DNA of 64,000 nucleotides from Chrysomallon squamiferum (Eukaryota > Animalia > Mollusca). Positions 14,181 through 27,054 of this stretch are shown here, piece by piece. Each line of letters begins with the position of its first letter. The stretch's first letter is position 1. A program made the position numbers and the translations under genes. The notes below the pieces were generated by a model. It did not search any database and was not told the origin of the DNA. It saw only the letters and a list, made by a program, of their open reading frames with translations. Where the stretch lies: contig CM022665.1 in the NCBI GenBank assembly GCA_012295275.1, positions 21,018,001 to 21,082,000 of the forward strand, given 5' to 3'.

Positions 14181-15152
14181 GTGAGGATTGTAATGAAAAG
14201 ATGGTTGGGATAGGACATAAATGTTACTTCGATTTTCTAATTATTTTTAATTTTAAATTGTGTGACACGTTAAAATGTGGTTGTTATTAACAAATTAGGA
14301 ATTTTTGTTTTTATTAGGTGTGAACTGTTTACATAGATAGAATATAAAATTAACTTTAAATTAATATTTTCTTAATTAGTAAAAAACCAAATACAGCTTA
14401 GTGTTGCACTTAACAATTAATATCACTGGATCTTTTTGTTAGTCATAGAAGGAACAAAATACATATCATGTGACAATTTAAACATGGTTACATTTGATGA
14501 TTAACAGCAAATAATCTTTTTATTTGATATGCACCTTTTACACAGTCAGAACCCCCCCCCACAAATCTTTGACAAACTCTGGAGCACAGGTTTGATTAAG
14601 AAATGACTCAACTAGAGCATCAAAAAAGATTGATCTGACAATCTATCACCCCTCAGGCAAATACACAAGTGAAAATCTTTACAACAGACTATGACTTTAC
14701 TCTTTAAATTCTTCCTGTTAGATATATTTATTGTTTTATTTCTAAACAGGAAGTGAATTGATATTAAAATGGCCACTTTAAAATGCACTTGTTTACTTAT
14801 TCCTGTTTAGATAAACAACAATGGAGTGAATAATTATTACTGAATTAATTAAGTGCTTACAGGGAAGGAACACTTCTAAATTAGACAAAGGGAATACAAA
14901 TATTTATAATAATTTTAGTTGTAGTATAGCTCTGTTATTTCATAATGTTATATCAAAAGATAGCTACATTAAGCGAGAGAGAGACAGACAGACAGACTAT
15001 TTCAATTCAGTTTTATTTTCTGTCTCATCTTTTTCTTTGTTTTTTATTTTTTTTTTTTTTGCCTATTTTCTTTTCTCTTGCTGAACAGTGAAATCTAATT
15101 ACTGTTAAGCTTATCTAATTAATTTTTATTTACTTTTTTCTTTCTTTTTTAG

Positions 15153-15265
15153 GCAAAAACTATTGGCAAGAAATTAAAAAAAGTTTCGCTAACAATTTCT
15201 CCAGTAGGAATATATATGACAGACCTTGTAACGAAGGAAATTTCTCTTAATGTCTCAATTTACAG
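15153..15265 (+). CDS. LDLRAP1: LDLRAP1-like exon 3 (PTB)
   Basis: AKTIGKKLKKVSLTISPVGIYMTDLVTKEISLNVSIYR; polypyrimidine-ag acceptor and gtaaaa donor; phase 0 to 2. Confidence 0.93.
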
Positions 15266-16304
15266 GTAAAATATTTTAATATCTATTTTAAACTTTGTTC
15301 TTCTTTTATTTTTAAACTTTTTAACAGTGACCTGATTAATTTAGATAATTTACTTTAGTGTTGATGGGTTTTTCATTTGAATTTGTAAAATGCTTTTGTT
15401 AAAATGCTTTAAGACAAGTCTTCGTGGGATCACAAATATCATAAATGAAAATAGTTTAAAATTTAAAATTTGTTTACTAATCAATAATTTGTCAGTTGTT
15501 TATTATTTTGCATAAATCTATAATGTTGGTGGTAAATGTCTTGTTTTCCTGTCTATCACTCACAAAGTAATAGTAAAATACTGTTACTGCTTCATTAACA
15601 TTAGAGATTTAATTATTTTTTTCAAAATTCTTTGCAGTTTTAATTAAAAAAAATTAAGTAATGTAAAATGGATGTTTAGTGAATAATTGATTAAGCTGAA
15701 AAAAATACTGCAAAATTTAGGTTCACAGTTTCTTACAGTTCTGCATAAAAATTATTAAATGAATATGAGAAAAGTAATTTCAATTGTTTTTTTTGTTTGT
15801 TTTTTGTGTTCATTCTACATAGAATCATAAAATAAAATTCCTGACAGATGATGATAATAAAAAAAGTAATTTTTCAGCAACAGGTTATATACTACTGTTG
15901 TATATTTGCTGTAGATATAAAGCTACCATGCTGTTATACACAATCCTGTTTCTGATAAAATTTGCAAATTTTTAATTAGTACTGTATATATTGTGTGTAC
16001 TCTCTTATTATTATTAATAATCTTTTTTTTCTTTAAATTATTTTGTAAGTTTTTATATGGTCTGTTGAAGTGCAGCGTATTTTATATATTTTCTCTTTTT
16101 TTTGTTAGTATCATTAAACTTGTTTTGTTAAGATTGTTGGTTCATTTTAGATTGTATATTTTCTGTTTCTTACAGTTATTAAACTTGTTTTTTTTTTGGA
16201 ACTGTTGATACATTATATTTTATATATTTTCTGCTTTCTGATAATTATTAAACTTGTTAAAATGGTCTTTTATATTTTTTAATTTATTACTTTTTATTTT
16301 CCAG

Positions 16305-16419
16305 AATTTCTTTTTGTACTGCTGACAAATTCCATGACAAAGTTTTTGCATTCATTGCTAGAAACACGATTAATGAAACGATGGAATGCCATGCCTATCT
16401 GTGTGCCAAGAGAAATGTG
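16305..16419 (+). CDS. LDLRAP1: LDLRAP1-like exon 4 (PTB)
   Basis: ISFCTADKFHDKVFAFIARNTINETMECHAYLCAKRNV resembles ARH ISYCTADKMHDKVFAYIAQ...ECHAFLC. Phase 2 to 0. Confidence 0.95.
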
Positions 16420-16496
16420 GTGGGTTTCAAGACTGTCAGGATGGATATGTGTAATAATCAGTAGTGGGTTTGGCTGGATTAGTGTTAATAAGTCAG

Positions 16497-16527
<31 letters not shown>

Positions 16528-16532
16528 ATTAA

Positions 16533-16692
16533 CCCTTTTGGTGCTAAATGTTGGCATGGTGTACGTCCCAGTATTAGTATTTTGGGGAAAATTATATGGG
16601 GTCTTAACTTAAACTCATGCATTTAGTCGAGATACCTCACCAGTGGCAGTCTTCTAGCATGTCCTGATAACTTGCCCATAGTACTGAAAGGG
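16533..16692. mobile_element. TTAA-flanked piggyBac-like MITE
   Basis: ttaa|CCCTTTTGGTGC ... GTACTGAAAGGG|ttat. Internal GTATTTTGGGGAAAATT matches, as reverse complement, the internal AATTGTCCCCAAAATAC of the element at 61116..61365. Confidence 0.6.
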
Positions 16693-16989
16693 TTATAGGG
16701 AATCAGTTTGAGAGTAATCCAAATATTTGTTAACTAGTTAAGGTGAATGGTTTGTATGGAGCTTTGGATCAATTTTATTTTATTTATTTTAATTAACATC
16801 TCTACATTATTTTCTCTCTATCCTGTGTTTTGAATACATTAACATAGTGTTAACAGTATGTCTGTGTGAGAGTTGAAATATTAAAGAAACAAAATTAAAA
16901 AAACACAAACAATTAGCACAACCAGTTTTACATACTATTTTATATTTTTTCTTTTCTGCTTTAAAATGTATAATAATAATAATAATAAC

Positions 16990-17031
<42 letters not shown>

Positions 17032-17395
17032 TAATATTTAGATAGTGTTAAATGCCAAGAAAAGTTTGCTGCCCTTAACATTCATGATGGAAATGCTTTA
17101 AAAACAGAAAAACCCCAAAGAAAACGTTTATTTAGTACATGCAGGAACATTTTAAATTTACATGTTTCATATCCTAGTATTTCTATGTGTGACAGAGAAC
17201 TACAGATTATATTAAATATTTTTTGATCAAAATATAAATGTTGATGTTTATGTAGGAATGTATGTCTGTCAGAGAACAATAGATTATATCGGATGTTTTC
17301 TGATCAAAATCTAAACATATTACTTGTAGATGTTTAAGCAGTGTATGTCACTGTATCAGTGTATGTGTGTAATATAAAAACATGTTTGATTACAG

Positions 17396-17503
17396 GCAAA
17401 GGCTGTAACACTGACAGTGTTCAATGCTTTCAAGCTGGCAGAAGATGGATGGGCAGAGAAACAGACCTCCAAAGCTCAGAAAGAAATAGAAAACCATCAG
17501 AAG
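17396..17503 (+). CDS. LDLRAP1: LDLRAP1-like exon 5 (PTB C-terminal helix)
   Basis: AKAVTLTVFNAFKLAEDGWAEKQTSKAQKEIENHQK resembles ARH AQAVTLTVAQAFKVAFEFW. Acceptor tacag, donor gtatat. Confidence 0.93.
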
Positions 17504-17737
17504 GTATATATCAAGAATAATTCACTCTCTTCTCTCTCATTTTGTCCCTGTCTGTCTCTCTGTCTCTCTCTCTCCACTCTGTCTGTTTCTCTTTCTGACA
17601 TTTTATCATTCGATTTTAATTACACATATTATTTAATTCCTTCATTAACACATGCCTTGATATTACCTTTTTTCTTCATACTGTCCTGTGTAAATGATAT
17701 ATTTTATCAGTGTAAAAATGATCTTGTTATTTTACAG

Positions 17738-17852
17738 GCCGCCGAGTTAGTTAATACGGGTAGAACCAGCCACACCACCCATCAGGTGATCAAACCATTT
17801 GTACAGGAAACAGAACCCAAATCACAGCCCAGCATGCAGGCTCCATTGTCTG
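17738..17852 (+). CDS. LDLRAP1: LDLRAP1-like exon 6 (disordered linker)
   Basis: tttacag|GCC...TCT G|gtattt; phase 0 to 1 fits the neighbouring exons; GC-richer than flanks. Confidence 0.75.
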
Positions 17853-18226
17853 GTATTTACAACATTTTTAATACTCCTTTGCATTTGTGCATTACATCCT
17901 GTTTTTACTCCTTTTTACTCCAGTTGTTTCTGCTTATTTCTGTTCCATTTTATCTTCTTTCTGTTTATTTATTTATTATTATTGCTGCTGTTGTTGTTGT
18001 TACTCATTATTCTTGTTTTTGTTGTTATTATTGTTATTGTTACTGTATTATTATTGTTGTTTTGTTACTTTCATTTTAATAAATATTTTGAATCTATTTT
18101 GGCTGTTTTGTTTTACTTTAAATTTAATTTTTAAATTTTTAATCTTTTATGTTATTATCTTTATTCTCTTTTGAAAACAGTATTTATAAATTGATTTAAT
18201 AAAAATATTTAACTTCTGTCTCACAG

Positions 18227-18294
18227 AGATCAGCACAGCAGACGAGGTGAGGTTGAAAGGACCACAGACAAAGCAGAGTTCAAGAACAACTTGG
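18227..18294 (+). CDS. LDLRAP1: LDLRAP1-like exon 7
   Basis: tcacag|AG ATC...ACT TGG|gtttgt encoding EISTADEVRLKGPQTKQSSRTTW. An alternative in-frame donor GAG|gtgagg lies at 18247. Confidence 0.7.
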
Positions 18295-18496
18295 GTTTGT
18301 TTTATTTTTGTTAAATAAATAAATATTACCGTAAATTTTAATTATTATTTATTTACATCAAACTGAACAGTTGTGTATGTTCTCTTCTTATTATGGTTAT
18401 TGTTTTTGTTGCTGTTGTTCTTGTTGTTAATGTTATTTGGTTTTTTTTTATTACCACTACTGCTACTATTAATATTGTTATTTTTATTTATTTACA

Positions 18497-18537
<41 letters not shown>

Positions 18538-18559
18538 GAGTAACATGAGCCAATCAGAA

Positions 18560-18705
18560 TTGTTTGGATTAACTAGGGGATGTAAATCTTCTTCAAATAG
18601 ATTTACTCCAGTTAACAGTTTGATAAATATTACCTAACTAGACATGCTGTTTTCTAAGCGTGGAATATTTACATAGTAAATTAGCTGTTTATCATTTTGT
18701 TCTGT
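18560..18705 (+). repeat. Dispersed repeat, copy A (related to 33296..33435)
   Basis: Colinear motifs ttaactagg..gtaa.tcttc..aatag.tttactcc..ttgataaat..acatgc..ttttgttct shared between the two loci. Confidence 0.65.
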
Positions 18706-18885
18706 AGACTGTTAATTCTTTTAATGATTATTTATTTATTTATTGTTTTGTTTTTTCTTCTTCTTCTTTTTCTTCTTCTTTTTCTTTTTTCTTATTATTA
18801 TTATTATTAATATTAATATTAATATTATTATCTAGTCTTTTTATATTTTTTAATACTGTAATTAAATGATGATATCTATTTTTAG

Positions 18886-18935
18886 CAACAGTTCAGTGAT
18901 GGTGAAGAGGATAATTCAGATGATGATTTTTCAAG
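18886..18935 (+). CDS. LDLRAP1: LDLRAP1-like exon 8
   Basis: tttag|CAA CAG TTC...TCA AG|gtgaat encoding QQFSDGEEDNSDDDFSR, which parallels ARH LDDGLDEAFSR. Confidence 0.85.
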
Positions 18936-19224
18936 GTGAATTAAATTTTATATTAGAAATAATAAATATATGTTCATATGTCCGTGTGTTGTATTTATCT
19001 AAAATAAAATATCATTTCTAAACAAAATACTTCAAAAAGGCAGACAGTTATGATCTATTTTACCAAATTTTGCAGATTTTCCTTTTTTAAATAAACTTGT
19101 AAAAATAATTTCTTATTCATTGGTTCATTTATTTATTTATTTATTTACATTTTTATTATTAATACTACTACTACTGTTTTATTAATATTATTAATATTAT
19201 AATCATCATCATTATTATTATTAC

Positions 19225-19267
<43 letters not shown>

Positions 19268-19427
19268 TATTTTTATTTTTTTTATGTTTTGATGTTTTAA
19301 ATTTTGATGATTATTATTATTATTTTTATTTTTATTTTTTTTATCATCATCACCATTATTAATTTTTTTTAAATTTATTTTGATTATTTAAAAAACCATA
19401 AATTAATTTTTTAAAAATAATTTGCAG

Positions 19428-19587
19428 ATTTGCAGAAACGCGAGGTCGTAGTTGCAGACTGTCATCGTTTGGCACTGATCTGAGACAGGAGGACATTGAT
19501 GAAGGAGTGCAGCAGTACATGGATGGTCAAGGCTCCTATGAGGCCTTTGCCAGACAGAAGTCCCTGGAAGACTTACTCAACTTGTGA
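19428..19587 (+). CDS. LDLRAP1: LDLRAP1-like exon 9 (last coding exon)
   Basis: tttgcag|A TTT GCA...; FAETRGRSCRLSSFGTDLRQEDIDEGVQQYMDGQGSYEAFARQKSLEDLLNL*. The spliced CDS totals 951 nt (316 aa), close to the human ARH length. Confidence 0.88.
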
Positions 19588-22500
19588 CACACCCATGAAA
19601 TACTCCAATTAGTCCAGGAGTCAGACTCTAAAAACTGGACTTTGGGGTGTTAGAGGTTGATGAAGAGATCTGAAGTTAATTTTTAGTTAGTCTGTTGTGT
19701 CCAAAATAGGTTTATGGACATTTCCAGATCAGTAGATTTGTGCTACAGTTGCAGATATTGGTAACATGTCAATATTCTGCAAACAGCTTCACCCTCAAAT
19801 ATGCAGTTTAAAAAATTTTGTTTTTAAAATTCTGCATCATTCAGATAGTTACTCAATCTTATTTTATACAATTTTTATTTTACAATGGATTTAGCAAAAT
19901 CAAAGAAATTAAAGAAGAAAAAATTCTTGTTTTCTTTTTGGATAATCTGCAGTATTTCAAGAGGCATCCTTGAAATGGTTAGATTTTAAACGGAACAAAA
20001 TAATCCACTTAGATTCTTCTTAAGTACCAAAAAAGAACAAAGAACAAAGCTACCAATTCAAAATTTCCATCAGCTGATTCTGTACACTTCTGACACTGCA
20101 CCTAAATAAAAATCCATATTGGATTTCTACACCATTTTGTTACCCAAATCTGGCCGTGCTCATGTACTAAGTATTCTGTCCATGTGATGATAATCGTACA
20201 AAACATTTATATGTAAATATTTGTCGAAGTTTGGTTTCTGTGGTGCCAACAAGTACACTGTATTTTCTCTCAGTGACTTATTTCTGGAGATCAATTTAAC
20301 AAAAAATATAAAAAAATGAAATCTTTGCAGTAAATTAACAATGGTTTTTGAAGGATGATACTCAATTTATTTTATTTTATTTTTTTTCTGAAGGCAGGTT
20401 TCTGATATATTTACTTCACAGAAACAAAATAACAAGCTGAGAGATACATTTCTGCCAGTGATTTTTGTTCAATTAGACTGAAATGTAAAAGTCAGAATTT
20501 ATTATTAGCAAAGGTTGCCTGCTTGTTTGCACATATTACAGTAACTTGAGTGTATACTAAATTGTATTAAAATACTTGTTGGCACCACAGATTTTTAAAG
20601 TAGAAATGAAACCAGAAAACTGATTTCATCATTAAATCTCTTGATGTTTGCTAGAATTGTTTTTATGTATTTATTTTTATTAAAATAAATTTCATGAATA
20701 TGCAAAGCATGTTTATCCAGTTTAATGTTAGTTTGTGTATAAAAAAACTGATGTATAAAAAATATTTAAAGTAATTTATTACAAGCCTGCCATTGTTTGT
20801 GTGTTTACAGGGTTGCTACATGGTGCTTTAATACTTTCATTTCTTTTATTTTCTATAGTTTCTTTTGTATTGTTTCCTCTCTGAAACTAATGCATTTTTT
20901 TGATAGTTGCTGCCTTTGTTAAAAACAGAAGGGTAGAAATATGTTATAAAAAGCAGAATGTCTCTATGTGTGTCTGTGTGTCTGTCACTGGCAGAGGTGA
21001 AACTGCAGCTGAAAGGCATGACTGACAATCTCAAAGTAGTTTTTGCAGTTGGCAGTGTGGTTATGTTGAACATAGAGTACTAATAATTTTATTTTGTAAC
21101 CTTTTGACCTTTGTTTTTGTATTTCACATTTACCCCTTTTAAAGCTTAGATAAGTAAAATATATGATTTTTGTATAATGTTGGCATTATTTTCTGATACA
21201 GTCAGTTTGAGATTTTATTGTATATATGATCGTTTCTTTTTTTTTTTCCTTTTTTTTTTTTTTTCTCACTTATTTTTTTATCTTAATTATAATTTTCAGT
21301 TTGATAGGCCAGAAATGTTTTGTTAAAATAAGCTTTGCAATTTCATTCTGTTCCTCATGTGGAATGCCAGTAATAAACAAAATGCAATTCTTTACATCCT
21401 GGTTTGAGAAATAGCTAGTTATCTCCCTTTGTTCTACCTCATTTTAATCTCATGCCATTATCAATCATTGAAGCAAAATATTTTTAAACTTTTGAGACTT
21501 ATTGCAGTGTACTTTGCAAAAATTGTTATTTTTTAAATAGTAGGCCACTCTTTTCATAATCTCCACATCCATACATAGCTTAGACAGGGGCTTTTATTTT
21601 TATATATGTAAGTAGATCTGGGTGTTCAGGGCACACAAAACTTGAAAATTAAATATGCCTGACAAAATCTGGAGACTAACTAAAGGAGTCAGTAAGTTCT
21701 GTGTGTGTGTTTAATACTAGGCCAGTCACTAGCTAGTCATTAATCAGTTCATCCAGTAACTAATTATTTTGTAGTTTGTAATTTGTAGCCAGCAATCAGT
21801 CCATCAGAAGTCATAAAATTAATGGTAAAATGAATGTGACAGTGTGCATTTTGATAAATGTTTCCTGTTTTGTTAGGAACTAAGTACCTATAAGGTAATT
21901 GTAAACCTGTGTGAGTATATATATTTAAATATTTACTGTTCTAAAATGCCAAGTGAAATTCAGATTTAAAAATATTTCTTCTAACTTGCTCCTGAGCAAA
22001 AATGTTTTGTTATTATGAATTGTTTAAATTCAATCCATTTGTCTATTTAAAATAACACTCTGGAAAAAGTAGTAAAAAAGTGTCCAACTGTACATCAGTA
22101 TGTGTATATTTACAATTTATAAAAATGTGTCCCTCTGAAAGAAGGCAAGTCTGTTTATCTAACTATCTATACATTATCCAGTTCCATGAAACAAAAGTCC
22201 TAAATATCACCATTTTATAAAACTTTAATAAATTGGTAATGTCTTTTTGAGATTTATTCACTGACTTTTCTACATAGTGTTTAATTCAGTGATCATAATA
22301 TTAATTTTTTCTCCTGAAACATCTGAAGTAATGTAAATAATATTAAGTACAGTTTTGTTATAATTGTAATGTTATTCTTTATTGGAGTTATCTGCTCTTT
22401 AGTTACCTTATTCATTTTTATCTCTAACCTATACATAATCTACCGAGATTATTATGAAAACAATAAAAATTATTTTAATTTTACAAGTGGTATAACAAAA

Positions 22501-25500
22501 AAAACAATGTTTTTATGTGTCTAAGAGATTTCAGATTTATTTTTGATGACAATTCATCCTTTTGTACTGATATAATACAACATTTATACAACAGTTTTAA
22601 TGTAAGATAAATATGTTTTTCCACTTTGTTTCAAGTGTTAATGTTTAATGTTGTACAAATACTGTTGTCCTGGATTTGTGTGTTTGTTGCTAAACATAAC
22701 CTAAATCTGTGGAGTTGTATGAACATGTACAAATAGTCTCAGTACACTTCCAAGTGATCATTTTGTTCGTCAAGCTAACAAATAACCTAGATAGTGTTAT
22801 GTATTTTTCACTGACTGTTTTATGTCCTTCAAACCTTTTCTGATAATAAAGTTTGACAGTAATAAAATTAAACTTGAAAAAAATAATAAAAATAACCTGA
22901 TAAATTAATGGACATACGTTTTTTTCTGTTCATTGGTAATGAAAGTGAACAAGGGAAAATTCCCCTCTATAAATCTTTCCGATTATATTGTCATACTTTA
23001 TTGTTAGCAAAGACTGGCTTCCATTTTTAAGACAAAATAAAACAATAACTTTTCAGATTATTTATACCATGATCAAAACAAAAACAGATTGTTCATTGAT
23101 ACAATTAAAAAAATAAAAAAAAAAATAAAATAAAAATTAAATAAAATTAAATAATATAAATAAAATAAATAAATAAATAATAAAAAAAACATCACTTGGA
23201 AGTATAACTTGAATCCTCTTTTCTCTCCCCCAACTCTTTCCTGTGACAGCTACGATCAGAGAGCTTGGCCAACATCAGAATTCATCACAATAGCTTGCTC
23301 CAGTTGATGTTTCACTCATTTTTTCACTCACTGTTACTTAGTAACAGATCTCCCACACATCAAAAAAAAAAAAAAAAAAAAACCAACAGGAAAGTCTTAC
23401 AAGATTTGAGATAATGTCTGCGAATTCTGTGAAATAAAGTGAACTGTATATTCACAATGCATTGAAATTCTTTAACAACTAAACAGCTGTTGATATTGTT
23501 CCTAAGAAATTTAGTTCTGTTGTGTGTAAGTGTTTGTTTCTATTGTATGTCACTATTACAGAGATCATAAAACAGTGGTATAATGAAGAACATGGCTTCA
23601 ACCATTCTGCTAATATTTGGAACAAAAAACCGTAAGCACAACATATATCAATAAAAAGATCTTGTACAGTTTTAAATTTTGGTAACTTCTGATCTATGCA
23701 TGATGGAACTGATCTGTTAAAAAGGGTAAAAGAAATGAATTTTTACATTTTTAAATATATTTACTATTGAGATTCTTTATTTTCAATATAATCACTGCCA
23801 TTATGGATACAAATTGTGATATGATTCCAAGTTCTAGAAATACAGTTTGTAACTGATTTTGACAGTGGTCATGTTGAAAAATAAACTCGACAATAAATAT
23901 TAGGAAAATTTGAAATTGAACTAGGACTTTATAATAACCCAGTATATACACGCGCGTGCACACAAACACACACACACCTGTGATGACTTCCTTTCAGTAC
24001 AAGTGATTTCTGTACAAATTTACACAAAGACAAAAGCTGTGTAATATCTTGTTACGTCACTAAAGAAAGGTGATACAGTGCTATTAAACCACTGTGTTAA
24101 TTATATTAATTAGCTAGTCTGTTACTTATTTTTTGTTTTAAAAAGTGCTTGTTGTTTTTTGTGTCAGATTTTTATTTTACTGTTGTGTTACGTTCCATTT
24201 TTGTAATATTTTGTTTGAAAATAATTTTTGTTATGTGATGTTGAATGTTTCTGTGCTTTTTAGACTGTTTGTTTATTAATTATTTGATACTCAGAAAAAA
24301 TATATATTTGCCTTCAGTCAGGTCTAAGTAAAATTAACAAAAACTAGAAAGTGGTGAGTTTTGCAGGGTAAAAGTTTTTAGAAAATTATTTGAGCTGAAT
24401 TAAGAGGCACCGACTGCAATTTACTTTAAAGAATACATTTACTCTTTTATATATAAATATCAAAATAAAAAGTAAATAAATAAAATTTATAAAATTAAAA
24501 AAAAAAAAAAATGGATATTAATATGTTAAAATTGGTGAATTGAAAATTAATATCAAGAGGGTTTTTTTTTGTTTTTTTTTAATTTACAGAAATAAGAATG
24601 ATTTGTCCATAAATGTTTTGTTTCAGTATCTTGAGTACAAATGCAAGTATTTATTTCAAACCAATGCTACCAAGTAAAAATTTATCATAGTTATAACTAT
24701 GATAAAAAAAAGAAAATTTTCTCCATGATGTGAAATTTGCTTTGTTCCATTTCTGCGTTTTTCATTTTAGATAGCATTCTATTTATTTGTAGTTACTTTT
24801 GTTTCTAAATTGATAATTTTCTAGTGGATTTTTTAAAATCACTTTATTATGCACACCTATTCATACCTGTGTGATATATATAAATATATACAACTTGTTT
24901 TGGTCCTTTTGTTCGCTACACTTGTCTTTATATATATATAAATTTTTTGATATTTAGCCGTTTTGTTTTTGTTGTCTTTTCATCTTTATTAAATTATTTA
25001 CATATCATATTTTTTATTCATATATTTTATTTATATTTTGTTATATTGTATTTTACACTTTAAATATATTTTTTATTTATACTTTATATAATGTTTTATC
25101 CAGTTGTTTAACTGACAGAAAATGCTGATTTATTTATTCTATGGAAGGTTTGTGCAAGTTACAATTTTTGAAGTTTTAATCACCTTTTTTTTTTTTAAAT
25201 GCGAAAAAAAATGCTGTCAAACAACGTGGCATAAAAATGTTCTATTCGTCAATATAAGTGTTCCCTTCTGTTTCCGAATTTTTTTACCAAACAAAATAAA
25301 AGCTTAAACAAACCTTTTTTATATAGATTTTTATGAGAAATGTTATTTTCGTGTTATGCAGTTCTTTACTGGGCATGTGACTGTAAAACGACAAGAACAG
25401 ATGTTAATTCGTCGGTGACTTGTCACGAAGTTATGGCAGATGTGGCAATCTAGGGTACTATGTTCATGTTAAACGGGACAAGCGACGAGATTGTCCTGAA

Positions 25501-27054
25501 GGAAGATGACATTGTTGCAATTAACTGTCACGTGATACTTCCGGGTCATCTTATGTTCGCTTTTTGCTGCTGCAAACACCTGAATCACCAACATAGGCCA
25601 TAGCTGAATGAACTGCTAATTATATGCTTTCTACCAAGCATGCAGCAATGGACTCATTTTCTGAGTTGTTACCCAGTCATCTTCAGGAATAATTACAATC
25701 AAGAAACAATAACAGAGACATATATTCACATCTATTTATTATAAATTCATCTACATAACACAAGAATGATATGAATTATTATATCACATTTAGTCCATAT
25801 GAACGATACAAATGTGTTCAACTAAGTTCAGCCAGTGATTGTTCCACTAATATAGGGATTAGCTTACTTAGTCTATTAACTGTCTCTGTAACAGATGGGA
25901 GACAACCGATGTAACAACACATTAAGCCACGCCCTAATCATTGAGATGCGATCTATACTATTTAAAACAATCTAAGTAACTTATATACAGTGTGTTCATC
26001 ATTTTAAGTTCAGACTGTAGTAAAATTGAGAAATGACAAATACTAATTAATTTATTTATTTATTATTGTAATTTATCGTTGTTCCTTTTTTTAAATTTTT
26101 ATTACTTAAATTTATTTCAGTTATTTTTTTTATAATTATCATTACCTACATCATTTTAAAACTTGTTACCCTCACTGAAAATGATTCTAAATGATTTATA
26201 ATTTCCAACAAACAAAACAAAAATAGAATATGCTTCTTTAGCGTTCTCGCCATAACATAGAAAAAATAAAAATAAAATAAAATAAAATAAAAATAAATTA
26301 ATAATAATTAATTAAAAAATAAAAATTAAAAAAATAGCCTCTAAATAAAGTATTAAATTTCAAAATGATTTTCCTGCCTAGTATTAGTGATTACGCATTC
26401 TACATTGACCTTCATTCTGACGTCACTGGCTCAACGGACAAAACATGTACTACGTCAATTTGCTATCGACAGTTACTACATATTGCCAGATTACAGAATA
26501 GATTTAAACATCTTTTTACCACCTCAGTAAATGCAAAATGTTGCATAGGCATGTAAGGCTGAGTGTACCAAATAAAGATTTGTTTCGAAGTACGCTTGCA
26601 GTGGATATCACACTATTTGAACTGTATTGTAATGGCAGATTTGATGACATCCTATCAAAATAGTGTCCATTGTATAGCAGTTTTAATATTCTTTTGTAAT
26701 TTCTAGGTAGAACGGTGTATATGGTATTTTGTACCTTCCTATCATGCCCTCTATTATGGTTAGTGTTCGTTTTCCCACACAAAGCCATTCTACATAAAGG
26801 AGAAAAAAAAAAAAAAATTAAAACCTCCTTCCCTATCTGGAAAAAATTAAAATGGGTGGACGCTAAACAAATATTTTTATTTGATGTGGCCTTAGTAATC
26901 TGTTGAATCTTAATTAGTTAACAACATGCATCTCAAGTAAATTAAAATCTGTTAGAGAATTAACAAAATATTTGAGCATACGGCAATTAAAACTGTTCTG
27001 TTAACATCATAAAAGAGAGTCTGCAGATCACAGTTGAAAGATTACGACAAAGTC

